Counted from the first letter of the stretch, positions 10,690 through 22,318 are shown. The stretch is 64,000 nucleotides of DNA from an uncultured Alphaproteobacteria bacterium (GCA_963779095.1 CAVZWU010000004.1:4048-68047); one strand, 5' to 3'. Numbers and translations are program-made. Notes: generated by a model from the letters alone, not told the origin.

Positions 10690-10707
10690 CATGTAGCATG
10701 CTACATG
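10690..10707. promoter_or_regulatory. Perfect 18-bp palindrome, probable GntR operator
   Basis: CATGTAGCATGCTACATG between the divergent SBP and GntR starts. Confidence 0.65.
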
Positions 10708-10763
10708 TCAAGCGCGAGCGAGTACCCGCTAGGGGAGGTTGGGCGGTTGTTGGGCAGAGGGCG

Positions 10764-11522
10764 ATGCAGGAAATAGACCAAATTCGCGAAACTTTGGCGG
10801 ACAAGGTGCATGAAGCTATTCGAACTGCGATCGTGGTCGGCGATCTCGCGCCCGGTTCACTGCACTCCGTTCAGACGCTCTCCTCACGACTTAAGGTGTC
10901 ACGGACTCCGGTGCGGGAGGCGCTCTTAAAGCTCGCCGATCAGGGGATGGTGCGTTTTGAGCGCAATAGGGGCGCACGCATCTTGCAAACCACGGTTCAT
11001 GATCTCGAGGAAATTTTCTCTTTGAGGTTGCTGCTTGAGGTCCCTGCAACTTACCGAGCGGCCCAACAAATAGGATCGATCGAGCTGCGACAATTGGCGT
11101 CCTCGGTGGAAAGCTTCCGCAAACTGATCCGAAACCTGAACGCTCGCGAGCACCTTGAACTGGATGCTCATTTTCATCGTATCATCTTGCGAGCATCGGG
11201 AAATCGCCGTCTGGCGGATTTCATCGACAGCTTACGAGATTTGCAAATGATTCGCGGGTTCTCGGTGGTCCCAAAGGCTCGGCAGTTAGAAGAGATCTGC
11301 GTCGACCACGAGCGGATCTATGGTCACATTCTCGAGCGCGATGCGATAGGAGCAGCAATAGCTATGCGCGAACACCTGTCACTTTCGTCTCGCCTTTTAA
11401 TTGCGGAAGAAACCGGTGTGGAGGGAGACACTAAAAACTTCGCACCAATTTGGGTGGACTTTGTTGAGCTTCAGAAGCAAGATTGTGAACGATTACAACG
11501 CGGTGTAAATCCAAAGACCTAA
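10764..11522 (+). CDS. GntR (FadR/FCD) transcriptional regulator
   Basis: LKVSRTPVREAL HTH; FH...SGN, H..I FCD motifs. Confidence 0.9.
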   Translation: MQEIDQIRETLADKVHEAIRTAIVVGDLAPGSLHSVQTLSSRLKVSRTPVREALLKLADQGMVRFERNRGARILQTTVHDLEEIFSLRLLLEVPATYRAAQQIGSIELRQLASSVESFRKLIRNLNAREHLELDAHFHRIILRASGNRRLADFIDSLRDLQMIRGFSVVPKARQLEEICVDHERIYGHILERDAIGAAIAMREHLSLSSRLLIAEETGVEGDTKNFAPIWVDFVELQKQDCERLQRGVNPKT

Positions 11523-11702
11523 TTGACGGATTTAGAGCAATAAAGGCTTCTTACTTCGATTATTCTACTTAGAGAGAAGACTACAGGACATGCGTATCTG
11601 ATGATGAAGTGTAATAAAATGCCGGACAACGTATCAAAGAATTGTGTCGGCGGTTCACTATCTAGGTAGCAAAATATTCTCAATGAGATCCTGGAGTAAA
11701 CT

Positions 11703-12689
11703 GTGCCAAGGATTGAACTATTGCTGCCGGAGCCCGTATTGCCCAGCGCCCAACGCGCCATTGATGAGAGATTTGTTGGTCATCGACTTTGGGAAGCGGC
11801 GGACAAAGATAGCTTTATCCGACAAATCTCGAGTCGTGTTCGCGGCATCGCTCGAGGTCGTCATTGCACAATTGGACGATGGTTAATCGATCGGTTGCCT
11901 AACCTTGAGATAATCGCGGGATTTGGTGTTGGTTATGACGGAATTGATCTACAGTGCTGTCGAAGCCGCGGTATCGTCGTCACAAATACCCCGGACGTTC
12001 TTACTGAAGAAACCGCCGACGCTGCGTTAGGTTTACTGTTGATGACTGTTCGAGAACTTTCTGCTGCTGAGCGATATCTGCGCTCTGGCAAGTGGGTTGC
12101 GAAAGGGAACTATCCCCGATCTCAGGCTACACTTCGCGACAGAACCATCGGTATGGTCGGACTAGGCCGAATTGGTAAAGCTGTAGCCAAGCGCATCGAA
12201 GCGCTTGGGAGGCCGATTGTTTATCACAGTCGACGACCCAATGAAAACGTCGCCTATGAGCATTATTCCGATTTGCTTTTAATGGCTCAAGAAGTCGACA
12301 CCTTGGTCGTGCTTTTGCCGGCAACGGAATCGACGCGTCATAAGATTTCAAAGCAAGTGATTGCCGCATTGGGTGAAAGGGGGATTCTAATTAATATGGG
12401 GCGAGGCAGCGTAGTGGATGAGACCGCGTTGGTGGAAGCTTTAGTGAACCGGCAGATATTAGCTGCGGGGCTCGATGTGTACGAAAATGAACCTAACGTT
12501 CCCGAAGCACTACTTTCGCTCGAGAATGTCGTTCTTCTCCCTCACGTAGGATCCGCCTCGATCTATACGCACGATATGATGGGTCAGCTCTTAGTAAAAA
12601 ATCTTCAGTCGTGGTTTGAGTTGGGTGAACCTGTTACCCCTGTCCCAGAAACGCCATGGAGAAAAGTTGGAGGTCCTCTTGCAGGCTGA
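11703..12689 (+). CDS. D-2-hydroxyacid dehydrogenase
   Basis: GVGYD, TNTPDVL, GLGRIG, INMGRG, LDVYENEP, PHVGS. Confidence 0.92.
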   Translation: MPRIELLLPEPVLPSAQRAIDERFVGHRLWEAADKDSFIRQISSRVRGIARGRHCTIGRWLIDRLPNLEIIAGFGVGYDGIDLQCCRSRGIVVTNTPDVLTEETADAALGLLLMTVRELSAAERYLRSGKWVAKGNYPRSQATLRDRTIGMVGLGRIGKAVAKRIEALGRPIVYHSRRPNENVAYEHYSDLLLMAQEVDTLVVLLPATESTRHKISKQVIAALGERGILINMGRGSVVDETALVEALVNRQILAAGLDVYENEPNVPEALLSLENVVLLPHVGSASIYTHDMMGQLLVKNLQSWFELGEPVTPVPETPWRKVGGPLAG

Positions 12690-12807
12690 TTCCCAGTGAC
12701 AGCCTCTCGTGCTTCACACGGGCGCCGCCAGGCTCTGAATTGGCGGAAGGCCGCCGAGGTGCCCGCTTTCTTTTTTCCGGCGATCTGTGCGGGGCCGGGG
12801 ACAACTT

Positions 12808-12945
12808 GGGTACCCGGCCTGAAGGTCGGTGACCGTTGGTGCTGGTGTGGCCTCGCTGGCGAGAAGCGTTCGAGGCAGGCCAGGCCCCCGCGTGGTCTTG
12901 CGGGCTACGCACGAAGGCGCTCTGGACCACTGTGGGCTTGCATGT
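12808..12945 (+). pseudogene. Degraded C-terminal fragment of a DUF2237-like gene
   Basis: Reading across frameshifts gives PGLKVGDRWC..RWREAFEAGQAP..VVLRATHEGALDHC; no 5' half. Confidence 0.6.
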
Positions 12946-13195
12946 CTCAAGCGGTTCGCGTGAACCTTGCCTGCCTGACGCTCACGCACGACACTTGTCG
13001 CGAAGCTTCCGCCGCAGGATCCGGGCTTTCGGTTACCTTGCGGTTACAGTTTCGGGGCGACGCATCCGTGCACTGCTGTTCAAGGACGTCCACTCGGGTT
13101 CAAGGAACTGCTCTGACCGCGCTTCGTGAACTGCTAAGGACTTTCGAAGATCGCCGTGAACAGCGACGCAGTCTTTCAACACATACTCTGCGTGG

Positions 13196-13239
13196 TTCCT
13201 AAACCTGGGGTCAGAGGTTCAAGTCCTCTCCGGGACGCC
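13196..13239 (+). tRNA. 3' half of tRNA-Arg(CCT); att-like fragment, not a complete tRNA
   Basis: Anticodon loop TTCCTAA, T-arm AGAGG-TTCAAGT-CCTCT, acceptor strand CCGGGAC-G-CC. No D-arm or 5' acceptor strand upstream. Confidence 0.8.
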
Positions 13240-14059
13240 CCTCAAAACAGGCGACCAGCGCATCTCTAGACCAGATCGAAGCCGCCTCGTGACCGCAAAA
13301 AGCCGAGCTGTCCTGCGATGTTGGGCGGCTCATGGCTGAAATGGCGATGATTGTCCGGGCGCTTGAGCACGATCCGCCGGACTTTCCCGCGTGCCAGCGG
13401 TCGGCGGCGTTCAACGCGCGCTTCTCAATCTGGAACGGCGGAGACTCAGGTGATTGAACGCCGAATGAAGCGATCACGCCGCGACTGGTGCGCACAAGAT
13501 TTGCGCTCGGGCCTTTCGCTCCGACGCTGCGGCGGCTGACCCGAGCGCCTTCGATGAGGAGAAAGAGCGTATCGGCGAGAAGTTCCGGCTGCGAAGCGCC
13601 GGCTGCCTTGCAGAGATTCGTCAGGCGATCGCGCTGGCGGATCTTAAATTCCTCAATAACGCGAAGGCCCGGGTGGCCTTCCTCAGTCAGTTCGACGGCA
13701 GCGTTGGCGAGGTCGCAGCCGCGCTCGTCCTCGGCGATGAAGATCGCCGCCTTGTCCATGAATCCGTAAAGCTGACCACGCGGGTCGCCCGGATTCTCGG
13801 CCTCGATTTCGGCCCAGACTTCGTCTGATTTTCGCCCTTTGTAGTTCAGATACTCAATAACGAGTTCGTCCTTCGAGTCGAAGTGGCGATAGAGCGCCAT
13901 TTTGCTCGTGCCCGCAGCCTCGGCGATGGCCTCGACGCCGACGCCGCGGATGCCGCGGCGGTGGAAGAGGTCCTGGGCGCAGTCGAAGATCCGGTCGCGG
14001 GACCTCCCGGCCTTGGAAGCAGGGACCTCGGGACACGGACCGGGTTTTTCTTTGTTCAT
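13211..14059 (-). CDS. TetR/AcrR family regulator (C-terminal ~80 aa probably spurious read-through)
   Basis: GVEAIAEAAGTSKMALYRHFDSKDEL HTH; GCDLANAAVE. Confidence 0.88.
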   Translation of the reverse strand: MNKEKPGPCPEVPASKAGRSRDRIFDCAQDLFHRRGIRGVGVEAIAEAAGTSKMALYRHFDSKDELVIEYLNYKGRKSDEVWAEIEAENPGDPRGQLYGFMDKAAIFIAEDERGCDLANAAVELTEEGHPGLRVIEEFKIRQRDRLTNLCKAAGASQPELLADTLFLLIEGARVSRRSVGAKGPSANLVRTSRGVIASFGVQSPESPPFQIEKRALNAADRWHAGKSGGSCSSARTIIAISAMSRPTSQDSSAFCGHEAASIWSRDALVACFEGRPGEDLNL

Positions 14060-14077
14060 GGCGCTTGACGAACCCGT

Positions 14078-14112
14078 TACCGATCGGTATCAGATACCGA
14101 TACCGACCGGTA
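14078..14112. promoter_or_regulatory. Tandem TetR operators
   Basis: TACCGATCGGTA (14078-14089, perfect palindrome) and TACCGACCGGTA (14101-14112) just upstream of tetR. Confidence 0.7.
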
Positions 14113-14182
14113 CCATCCCGCTTCGGCAGAGTCAAACTGCTACGGCGGCGCCCCGGACGCCCAGCCGAAAGGAACACCCGCC

Positions 14183-14449
14183 ATGGCGTATCCCAACGCG
14201 CCCACAATCGACACCCTCCTGGCGGACTCGCTCATTCAGAAAGTGATGCGCGCCGACCGCGTCGAGCCCCTGGCGCTAAGAAGCCTGCTCGAGGGGACCG
14301 CGCGCCGCATCGCCGACGCGCGGCGAGGCGCCGCTGTGCAGGTCGGGCAGGATCTCGGCCGGCGCGGCGCGTTCCGGGGGCCGCTGCTGCTGATGCGGCC
14401 GCCGGCGCGCGCGCCGGGCGGCCAATGCGGAGCATCCCTCTGCGGCTGA
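14183..14449 (+). CDS. Small hypothetical protein heading the RND operon
   Basis: 88-aa ORF with AAGGA RBS and host-like codon usage. Confidence 0.6.
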   Translation: MAYPNAPTIDTLLADSLIQKVMRADRVEPLALRSLLEGTARRIADARRGAAVQVGQDLGRRGAFRGPLLLMRPPARAPGGQCGASLCG

Positions 14450-14478
14450 TCTTGTTGCGCTGAAGCCGAGGCGATCGA

Positions 14479-17400
14479 GTGGTCGGCTTCTTCATCCAAC
14501 GTCCGATCTTCGCGTCGGCGATCGCCGCGATCCTGGTGCTCGCGGGCGCGATCTGCTTTTTCCTGCTGCCCGTCTCGCAATTTCCCGAGATCACGCCGCC
14601 GCAGGTTGTCGTGAGCGCCAACTATCCCGGAGCGAGCGCTCAGGTCGTCGCCGATACGGTGACGACCCCGCTCGAAGAGCAGATCAACGGCGTCGAGGGC
14701 ATGACGTACATGTCCTCGGCGAGCTCGAATGACGGCTCATCGACCATTACTGTCACCTTCAAGGTCGGCTATCCGCTCAACATCGCCGCGGTCGACGTGC
14801 AGAACCGGGTGTCGCAGGCGGCGTCCTCGCTTCCGGCGATCGTCAATCAGGGCGGGGTGACGATTAAAAAGCAGAATCCGAACTTTGTCCTCATCGTCAA
14901 TCTCGTCTCGCCGGATCGTTCGGTCGAATTCGGTGACGCTGTCGAACTACGCCTATCTGCAGATCGTCGACCAGTTGAAGCGCCTTCCGGGCGTCGGCGA
15001 CGTTCAGATGTTCGGCGAGCGCCGCTATTCGATGCGCGTCTGGCTCGATCCCGACGAGCTCGCCAATCTCGGCGTGACCGCCGTCGACGTCCAGAACGCC
15101 ATCGCCGAGCAGAACGTTCAGGTCGCCGCCGGCAAGATCGGCCAGTCTCCAGCCCCTGCCGGGACCGCGTTTGAGTTGCAGGTCAACGCCCGGGGACGGC
15201 TCACCGATCCGCAGGAATTTTCCAACATCATCGTCCGAGCCGATCCGGCGAGCGGCGCCGTCGTGCGGCTGAGGGATGTAGGGCGCGTCGAACTCGGGGC
15301 GCTCCAATACTCATCGTCCGCCTATTTCGGCAAAGACCCCACGGTCGTGATGGGCATCTTCCAGATGCCCGGCTCCAACGCGCTCGACCTGCAGCGGCAG
15401 GTGAAAGCGAAGATGGAGGAGCTCGCGAAGCGCTTTCCGCCCGGAATCGCCTATGCGATGCACTATGACACCACACGCTTCGTGTCGGCGGCGATGCACG
15501 ACGTGGTGAGCACCTTGAGCGAGGCGCTACTCCTCGTCGTACTCGTCGTCTTCGTCTTTCTGCAGAGCTGGCGCGCGACGATCATTCCCACAATCGCGAT
15601 TCCTGTTTCGCTGATCGCGACGCTCGCGGTGATGGAGGTCCTCGGCTTCTCGCTCAACATGCTGAGCCTACTCGGCATGGTGCTCGCGATCGGCCTTGTC
15701 GTCGACGACGCGATTGTCGTGGTGGAGAATGTCGAACGCCAGCTCGAAGCCGGTTTGCCGCCGCTCCAAGCGGCGAAAAAGGCCATGTCCGAAGTGACGG
15801 GGCCGATCATCGCCACGACGGCGGTGCTAATGGCCGTTTTCATTCCTGTGGCGTTCATTCCTGGCGTCGCCGGGCGACTCTATAACCAGTTCGCGCTGAC
15901 GGTTGCGATCTCTGTCGGGATTTCGGCCTTCAACTCGCTGACGCTTAGCCCGGCGCTCAGCGCCGCGTTTCTGCGTCATGGGCCCAAAGGGCAATTCGTC
16001 CTGTTCCGCTGGTTCAACGCCGGCTTCGATTGGCTGGCGAATTTTTATGCGCGCGCCGTCAGGCAGTTCATTCGCTTCGGCTGGGCGCTAGTCGCAGTCT
16101 TTTTTCTTTTCGTCGGCGGCGCCTATGTGCTGTCGCGCTCAATCCCGACCACCTTTCTGCCGGTTGAGGACCAGGGCTACTTCTTCGTCGTCGTGCAACT
16201 GCCGGACGGCGCCTCGCTCGAGCGGACCGACACGGTGGCGAAGAAGGTGCGGGACATCCTGCAGGCGACGCCGGGGGTCCAGATTGCCGGTTTCATCAGC
16301 GGCCTCAACTTCCTGACCAATGCCGCCCAGTCGAACTCGGCAGTCGAATTCGCAGTGCTGAAACCATGGAGCGAGCGCGGGCCGGAAGAGAACGCATCGG
16401 CCTTGGTCGCTTCGGTACGCCCAAAGCTGCTCGCAATCCCGGAAGCCTTCGCTCTGAGCTTCGATCCTCCCTCGGTCAATGGGCTTGGCACGACGGGCGG
16501 CTTCGAATTCGAGGTCGAGGATCTGGCGGGACGCGGAGGCGCGCAGCTCAGCGAAGCCACTCAGGCGCTGATCGCCGCTGCGCGCAAGCAGCCGGAGCTC
16601 AACCCGCAGTCGTTGTTCACTTCGTTCTCGGCCTCGACGCCGCAGCTCTTTTATGATCTCGACCGGACGAAGGCGAAGCTGCTCGGCCTCAGTTTGCCGG
16701 ACGTCTTCAATACGCTGCAGATCTATCTGGGCTCGCTCTACGTTAACGACTTCAATCTGTTCGGCCACACGTTCCGCGTCACAATGCAGGCTGACACAAA
16801 GTCACGCGCCTCTCCCTCCGATCTCAGCAAACTCTACGTTCGCAACAGCACCGGAGGCATGATTCCCTTGAACGTGCTCGGCACGCTCAAGCCGATCGTC
16901 GGGCCAGAGACCGTGCCGCATTACAACAATTACGCTTCGGCCCTCATCAATGGCGCTCCGGCGCCGGGCTTCAGCTCGAGCCAGGCTGTCGCCGCGATGC
17001 AGCGCGCAGCGGCCGAGTCGTTGCCGCGCGATTTCGGCTACGAATGGACAGGCGTGACCTATCAGGAGCTGAGCGCCGGCTCGCTCGCCACCATCGTCCT
17101 CGCGCTCGCGATCTTCTTCGTGTTCATGATCCTTGCCGCGCAATACGAGAGCTGGTCGATGCCGTTCATGGTGCTCTCGTCGGCGCCGCTGGCGCTAGTC
17201 GGCGCGCTTGGCGCGATCTGGATCCGCCAGATGCAGGTCGACGTCTATTCGCAGATCGGCTTTGTCATGCTGATCGGACTTGCAGCCAAGAACGCCATTC
17301 TGATCGTTGAATTCGCCAAGCGGCGGCGCGAGGAAGGCTTGCCGGTCATTGAAGCCGCGATGGAGGCTGGGCGGCTGCGCCTGCGGCCGATCCTGATGAC

Positions 17401-17643
17401 CGCCTTCGCCTTCATTTTCGGCGTGCTGCCGCTTATGTTCGCGAGCGGCGCGGGCGCTGCGAGCCGTCAGTCGCTGGCACGGCCGTCTTTGGCGGCATGG
17501 TCGCGGCGACGTTGCTGACGCTGATTTTCGTGCCGGTGTTCTACGCCCTCATTGAACGCGCTCGAGAGGGACGCGAGGCGGCGAAAGCCGCGTCGCCGCA
17601 TACCCACGCTCGTCTTGCGCCCCACGCCGAAGCCGCCGAATGA
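14479..17643 (+). CDS. RND efflux permease (HAE1, AcrB/BepE-like), frameshifts near 14930 and 17475
   Basis: FFIQRPIFA, GLVVDDAIVVVENVER, KNAILIVEFA, RLRPILMT. Confidence 0.92.
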
Positions 17644-17660
17644 AGCTCAGGAGTTCTTCC

Positions 17661-18795
17661 ATGCGCCTCAAGATCTCCCTCGCAGCTCTCGCCGCAATCG
17701 GCGTTGCAACAGTCGTCGGCTTCCGCATCGCGGGCGACCACGCGGACGGCGCCACGGAATCTGCGCCTGCGCCAGCGATGATGGCGATGCCGGTGCCGGT
17801 GGTCCCGGTGGTCAGAAAAACGCTGCCGATCTATCTCGAATATCCCGGGCGCATCGAATCGATCCGCAGCATCGCCTTACAGGCGCGCGTGTCGGGCTAC
17901 ATCGACGCGCAGCCCGCGGCAGACGGCGCCGACGTCAAGAGCGGCGATCTCCTCTACAAGATCGATCCGCGCGACCTTGAGGCCGCGCTCGAGCAGGCGA
18001 ATGCGCAGGCGCAGCGCGATCTGGCGTCGCTCGAATATGCGAAGGCCAATTTTGGCCGCGGCGAGGAATTGGTCAAAAGCGGCTTCGTCACCAAGGACGC
18101 CTACGATCAGCGTGCGAGCTCCATGCATCAGATGGAGGCGCAGTTGGCGCTCGACCGCGCGACGATCCAAGCGGCGAAGCTCAATCTCGGGTACACCGAG
18201 ATCCGTGCGCCTTTCGCAGGCAGGCTCGGGCGCAACCAGGCGGCCAAGGGCGCGCACTGGTCAGTCCGACGACCGTGGCGCTGAATACCCTGGTCCAGCT
18301 TGACCCGATCTATATCGCGTTCAACCCGAGCGAGTCGGATCTGGCGGAGATCGTCCGGGCGCGGGCCGCGGGCAAAGTCGAAGCCGAGATCTCACTTGCG
18401 GGGAGCGATACAATCCGTAAGGGCGAACTGACCTTCCTCGATAACGTCGTCGACAAGACGACAGGCACCATCGTGGCGCGCGTCACCATCGCCAATCCCG
18501 ACTTCACCCTGTTGCCGGCCAGTATGTCAGGGTACGGCTGCACCTGAGGGACGAGCCCGATGCGCTGATGGCGCCGATGGCGGCGCTCGGGTCCAGCCAG
18601 ACGGGCAAATACGTCTACGTCGTCGGAGAAGGTGAGAGAGCTGAGCAGCGCCCCCTCACGCTTGGGACGACCGACGGCGAGCTTGTCAGCGTGGTGAAGG
18701 GGCTGAACGAGGGCGACCGCGTCATCGTCGGCAACTTGCAGAAGATCGGCCCGGGCTCACCGGTCAAGCCCCTGCCGCAGGCGCGCAGCCCATGA
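17661..18795 (+). CDS. RND membrane fusion protein, frameshifts near 18260 and 18520
   Basis: ARVSGY, LYKIDP, YTEIRAPFAG, FLDNVVDKTTGT, GLNEGDRVIV across three ORFs. Confidence 0.88.
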
Positions 18796-18806
18796 CCTGA
18801 ACAGGG

Positions 18807-19988
18807 TCAGACGTGGCGATCACGCGATCGTTGAGGCTGAGCGTCCTCAATGCGCTCCCCGCGCTTCAAACGGCGCTGCGCCGCGGCCGACTTGACCTTG
18901 AGGGTCCAAACCCGGACCGGACTCGCCCGGCCTCGCAGGTTATATTCGCCTCGGTCCTCCAGTTGGCCGATACACTCGGCGGCGATTTCGGGAGACAATG
19001 CGCAGGTCGCCCGAACGACAGGGTCCCCGACCACCAACGGCGTCCCGAGGGAGCGACTCAGGGCCTGCAGTCGAGCGGCCGTGTTGACCGTATCCCCGAT
19101 CACCGCGAATGACATGCTCTGTTCGCTGCCGACATCTCCGACCACGACCGGGCCAAAGTTGAGACCGATGCCGATATCGAGCCGAGCTTCTCCCCGCCCC
19201 TCGCGTTCGTCGTTCCAGCATTCGAGCGCGCGGAGCATCATCTCGGCGCAGTTGAGAGCGTTAGCGGGATCGTCCGAACTTGCAGCCGGGACGCCAAACA
19301 CGGCAAGAATCCCGTCGCCCATGTATTGATCCACGGTGCCGCCGCTGGCGAAGATCTGCGCCGTCATTCGGGTATGAAACTCGCGCAACAAGGCGAGCAC
19401 GTCCTCGGGAGCCATCACCTCCGCAATTCTCGTAAACCCAACGATATCGACAAACAGAACGGCCACAGTCTCCCGGCGGCCTGCGCCGAGCGGTTCGTCC
19501 CGCGCCGCCAGCAATTCGACAATGTTTGGCGAAAAATAGCGCGAAAGATTGTTTCGCGCTCGTTCAGCCGCCATGCGCTGCCGCTCCATCTCCCGCAGCT
19601 TTGCGATATTGGCAAGCGCCTTGTGGACGGTGATCTCGAGATCGCTCAGATCCACCGGCTTGGTGATAAAATCAAACGCGCCGCGGTTCATTGCGGTTCG
19701 CAGATTCGTCATATCTCCGTACGCCGAGACAATGATCGCCTGCACCGCCGACTGGCGGTCGCGAAGTTCGCTGAGCAACGCCAAGCCGTCCATCACAGGC
19801 ATGTTGATGTCGAGCAACATGAGTTCGATGTCAGGTTCGGCCGATAACGCCGTCAACGCCTCCTCGCCGTGGCGAGCAAAGCGGAAATCGAATTCCTCGT
19901 CGCGGATCTGCCGCCGGAAGCGTTGTTTGATCAAGAGTTCGAAATCAGGCTCGTCATCCACGGCGAGAATCTTGGCTGCGATGGTCAA
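18807..19988 (-). CDS. Receiver domain-class III adenylate/guanylate cyclase
   Basis: VDDE / DINMP receiver; [23 protein letters not shown] cyclase motifs. Confidence 0.92.
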   Translation of the reverse strand: MTIAAKILAVDDEPDFELLIKQRFRRQIRDEEFDFRFARHGEEALTALSAEPDIELMLLDINMPVMDGLALLSELRDRQSAVQAIIVSAYGDMTNLRTAMNRGAFDFITKPVDLSDLEITVHKALANIAKLREMERQRMAAERARNNLSRYFSPNIVELLAARDEPLGAGRRETVAVLFVDIVGFTRIAEVMAPEDVLALLREFHTRMTAQIFASGGTVDQYMGDGILAVFGVPAASSDDPANALNCAEMMLRALECWNDEREGRGEARLDIGIGLNFGPVVVGDVGSEQSMSFAVIGDTVNTAARLQALSRSLGTPLVVGDPVVRATCALSPEIAAECIGQLEDRGEYNLRGRASPVRVWTLKVKSAAAQRRLKRGERIEDAQPQRSRDRHV

Positions 19989-19998
19989 TGGGCCTCCC

Positions 19999-20388
19999 CT
20001 AAATCGATGGCGTGTGCAATTGCCGCAAACGAACCTTCAAGACATCAAAGTCGACCGGCTTGGTCAGAAAATCAGTAGCGCCGCTTTCGGACGCGCGACG
20101 GCGCCTTTCGTCGTCCCCATAGGCCGTCAGCATCATCACAGGCAGCTCTGGCCGTCTCTTCTTGATCTCCCGCAGCAGGGCGAGACCATCCATTCCAGGC
20201 ATATTGATGTCTGACAGGATTACGATGAGCTCAGGCTCGATTTCGTCACGAAGACGTTCAAGCGCTTCTGAAGCCGAAAGCGCAAAATGGAGCACATAAA
20301 CGCCCTCCCGCGTCTCACGTCGAAATTGTTGGCGAAAGAGGACCCCGACATCGGGTTCGTCATCGACAATCAAGATGCTGACAGTCAT
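19999..20388 (-). CDS. Single-domain response regulator
   Basis: [20 protein letters not shown]. Confidence 0.92.
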   Translation of the reverse strand: MTVSILIVDDEPDVGVLFRQQFRRETREGVYVLHFALSASEALERLRDEIEPELIVILSDINMPGMDGLALLREIKKRRPELPVMMLTAYGDDERRRRASESGATDFLTKPVDFDVLKVRLRQLHTPSI

Positions 20389-20412
20389 GATCGGCTACTC
20401 AGACCGGAGAAT

Positions 20413-22071
20413 TTAGTGCATCTTTGTGCCCGCGGCCCGTGGCAGACATACGGAGAATTCGGTGAACTCTCCGGCCGCGCTCGAGACCTCGATCGTCCCG
20501 CGATGCTGTTTGGTGACGATTTCATAGCTGATCGACAATCCTAGCCCCGTCCCCTCGCCGGTCGGCTTGGTCGTGAAAAACGGCTGGAAAAGCTTGTCCC
20601 GGACCTCGGGGGGAACACCGCCCCCGTTGTCGCGCACCCGCACCTCGACTACGCCGCCGAGGTCGCGGGTGGTCACCGTCAATGTCGGTCTATATTCTCC
20701 ATTGTTTATCTCTCGATGGCGCTTGTTCGTGGCGTAGAAGGCGTTGCCGTAGAGGTTGAGGAGCACTCGCGTCACGTCTTGAGGCACAAGCGCGATCGGC
20801 GCAATATGTTCCGCGTAAGCCCTTTCTATCGTGACGTTGAAGTTCTGGTCCTGAGCGCGGGCGCCGTGATAGGCGAGATTGAGTGACTCGTCCACCAATG
20901 CGTTGAAATCGACGGTTTCGCGGTTCCCGCCGCCCCCACTGCGGGAATGAGCCAGCATGCTCTTGACGATGTTGTCCGCGCGCCGGCCATGCTCAACGAT
21001 CCGTTGGAGGTTGCCCACCAACAGATCGCTGGCCTCGCCGACTTCGCGCCGCCGTCTCTCGTCGAGCGATTGGAGTCCCGGCTCAACGGCCGCGTTCAGT
21101 TCATCCAGCAGACCGACAGAAAGACTGGCGAAGTTGTTGACGAAATTGAGCGGGTTCTTGATCTCGTGAGCGATCCCGGCGGTCAATTGACCGAGTGACG
21201 CCATCTTTTCAGCCTGAATGAGATTGGCCTGGGCCGCCTTCAGGTCATGCAGCGCGGCCTCGGCCATGTCGCGCGCCGTTCGGGTCTCTAACTCCGCGCT
21301 TTGTCGTTCGCGTTCGAGCCGATTCCGCTCGATCAGGCTGTCGCGCAACATGCCGAGCGTTTTTGTCATAGCTGCGATCTCGGGGACGCCGGAAGGCGCC
21401 ATTGAGACTTTCAGTTCGCCTTGCGTGATTGAGGCAATCCCGCGATCGAGCTCTTTCAGTGGAGCGGTGATGGAGCGCACGGTCAAGGCGGTGAAGCCGA
21501 ATGCGAGCGCCAGCGCGCCAATTCCGCCCGCTACCGCAAGCTTGACGGCGAGGCCCGCCTGGCGCGTGGAGACGTCTCGCCGGGCGACGGCCTGTTGCTC
21601 GATTCTCTCCACGATCCGGTCGAGCCGGTCGTCGATAGCCATGATGTAGCTTTTGGCCCGGGCGAGCAAAGCGTCGCCGGCGGCGCTGTCGTCACTTGAG
21701 TAGGCGAGGGCCGCCTGCCGCGTGAGATCGATCATGGCGTCAGCTTCGCCTCCGATCGCGGCGACGACGGCGGGATCGACCGCGGAAATCGCCTTCAGAT
21801 CGGAATCCAGCCCCGCCTTCGCGACATCCGCCGCTTGCTGAGAGCGAGCGAGACGCGTCACGGCGGAGTCGATGGCCCAGTACTTCAAGTCACCGAAGTG
21901 CTTGCTGGCTGAATTGGCGCTCCTGACCACCGAGACGAGCCGCGCTTCCTCGGCGAGGCTCTGCTGGTCTCGGACCAGCTCTCGGATTAGAAGCGCGGAC
22001 GACCCTGCGAGGATCGCTAGCAGCAGGACTGACAAAAAGATCAGTCTTAGGCGAATCGAGATGTTTGGCAT
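20413..22071 (-). CDS. Membrane sensor histidine kinase with HAMP domain
   Basis: Two TM segments, [12 protein letters not shown]-box, N/G1/F/G2 boxes. Confidence 0.92.
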   Translation of the reverse strand: MPNISIRLRLIFLSVLLLAILAGSSALLIRELVRDQQSLAEEARLVSVVRSANSASKHFGDLKYWAIDSAVTRLARSQQAADVAKAGLDSDLKAISAVDPAVVAAIGGEADAMIDLTRQAALAYSSDDSAAGDALLARAKSYIMAIDDRLDRIVERIEQQAVARRDVSTRQAGLAVKLAVAGGIGALALAFGFTALTVRSITAPLKELDRGIASITQGELKVSMAPSGVPEIAAMTKTLGMLRDSLIERNRLERERQSAELETRTARDMAEAALHDLKAAQANLIQAEKMASLGQLTAGIAHEIKNPLNFVNNFASLSVGLLDELNAAVEPGLQSLDERRRREVGEASDLLVGNLQRIVEHGRRADNIVKSMLAHSRSGGGGNRETVDFNALVDESLNLAYHGARAQDQNFNVTIERAYAEHIAPIALVPQDVTRVLLNLYGNAFYATNKRHREINNGEYRPTLTVTTRDLGGVVEVRVRDNGGGVPPEVRDKLFQPFFTTKPTGEGTGLGLSISYEIVTKQHRGTIEVSSAAGEFTEFSVCLPRAAGTKMH

Positions 22072-22318
22072 CAATCTCGTTTCAGAAGCGCCGCCGCGCG
22101 GCGTACAAAGCCGCGGACGGCGTACGCCAACCCTAGCTGCTCTCGCTGTGGCCCAGGTCACACGGCGACGAGGTCAATTCTCGGACCTAAGCATCATCCC
22201 ATAGTTGGCGAGTTAGCAAAAGGGTGTCTACATTGGGGGCGAATTGTGCGATGAGACGGACGCTCAATCGCCGTTGTCTCCGGGAATCCATGTGATGTGG
22301 ACCCAAAGGGAGGAAAAG

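Noticed and set aside
13140-13240. Complete tRNA gene
   Set aside because: No D-arm or 5' acceptor strand (GTCCCGG) upstream; only the 3' half is present.
13211-13450. Novel C-terminal domain on TetR
   Set aside because: The extension runs into the tRNA fragment and lacks domain-like features; probably a lost stop or an indel.
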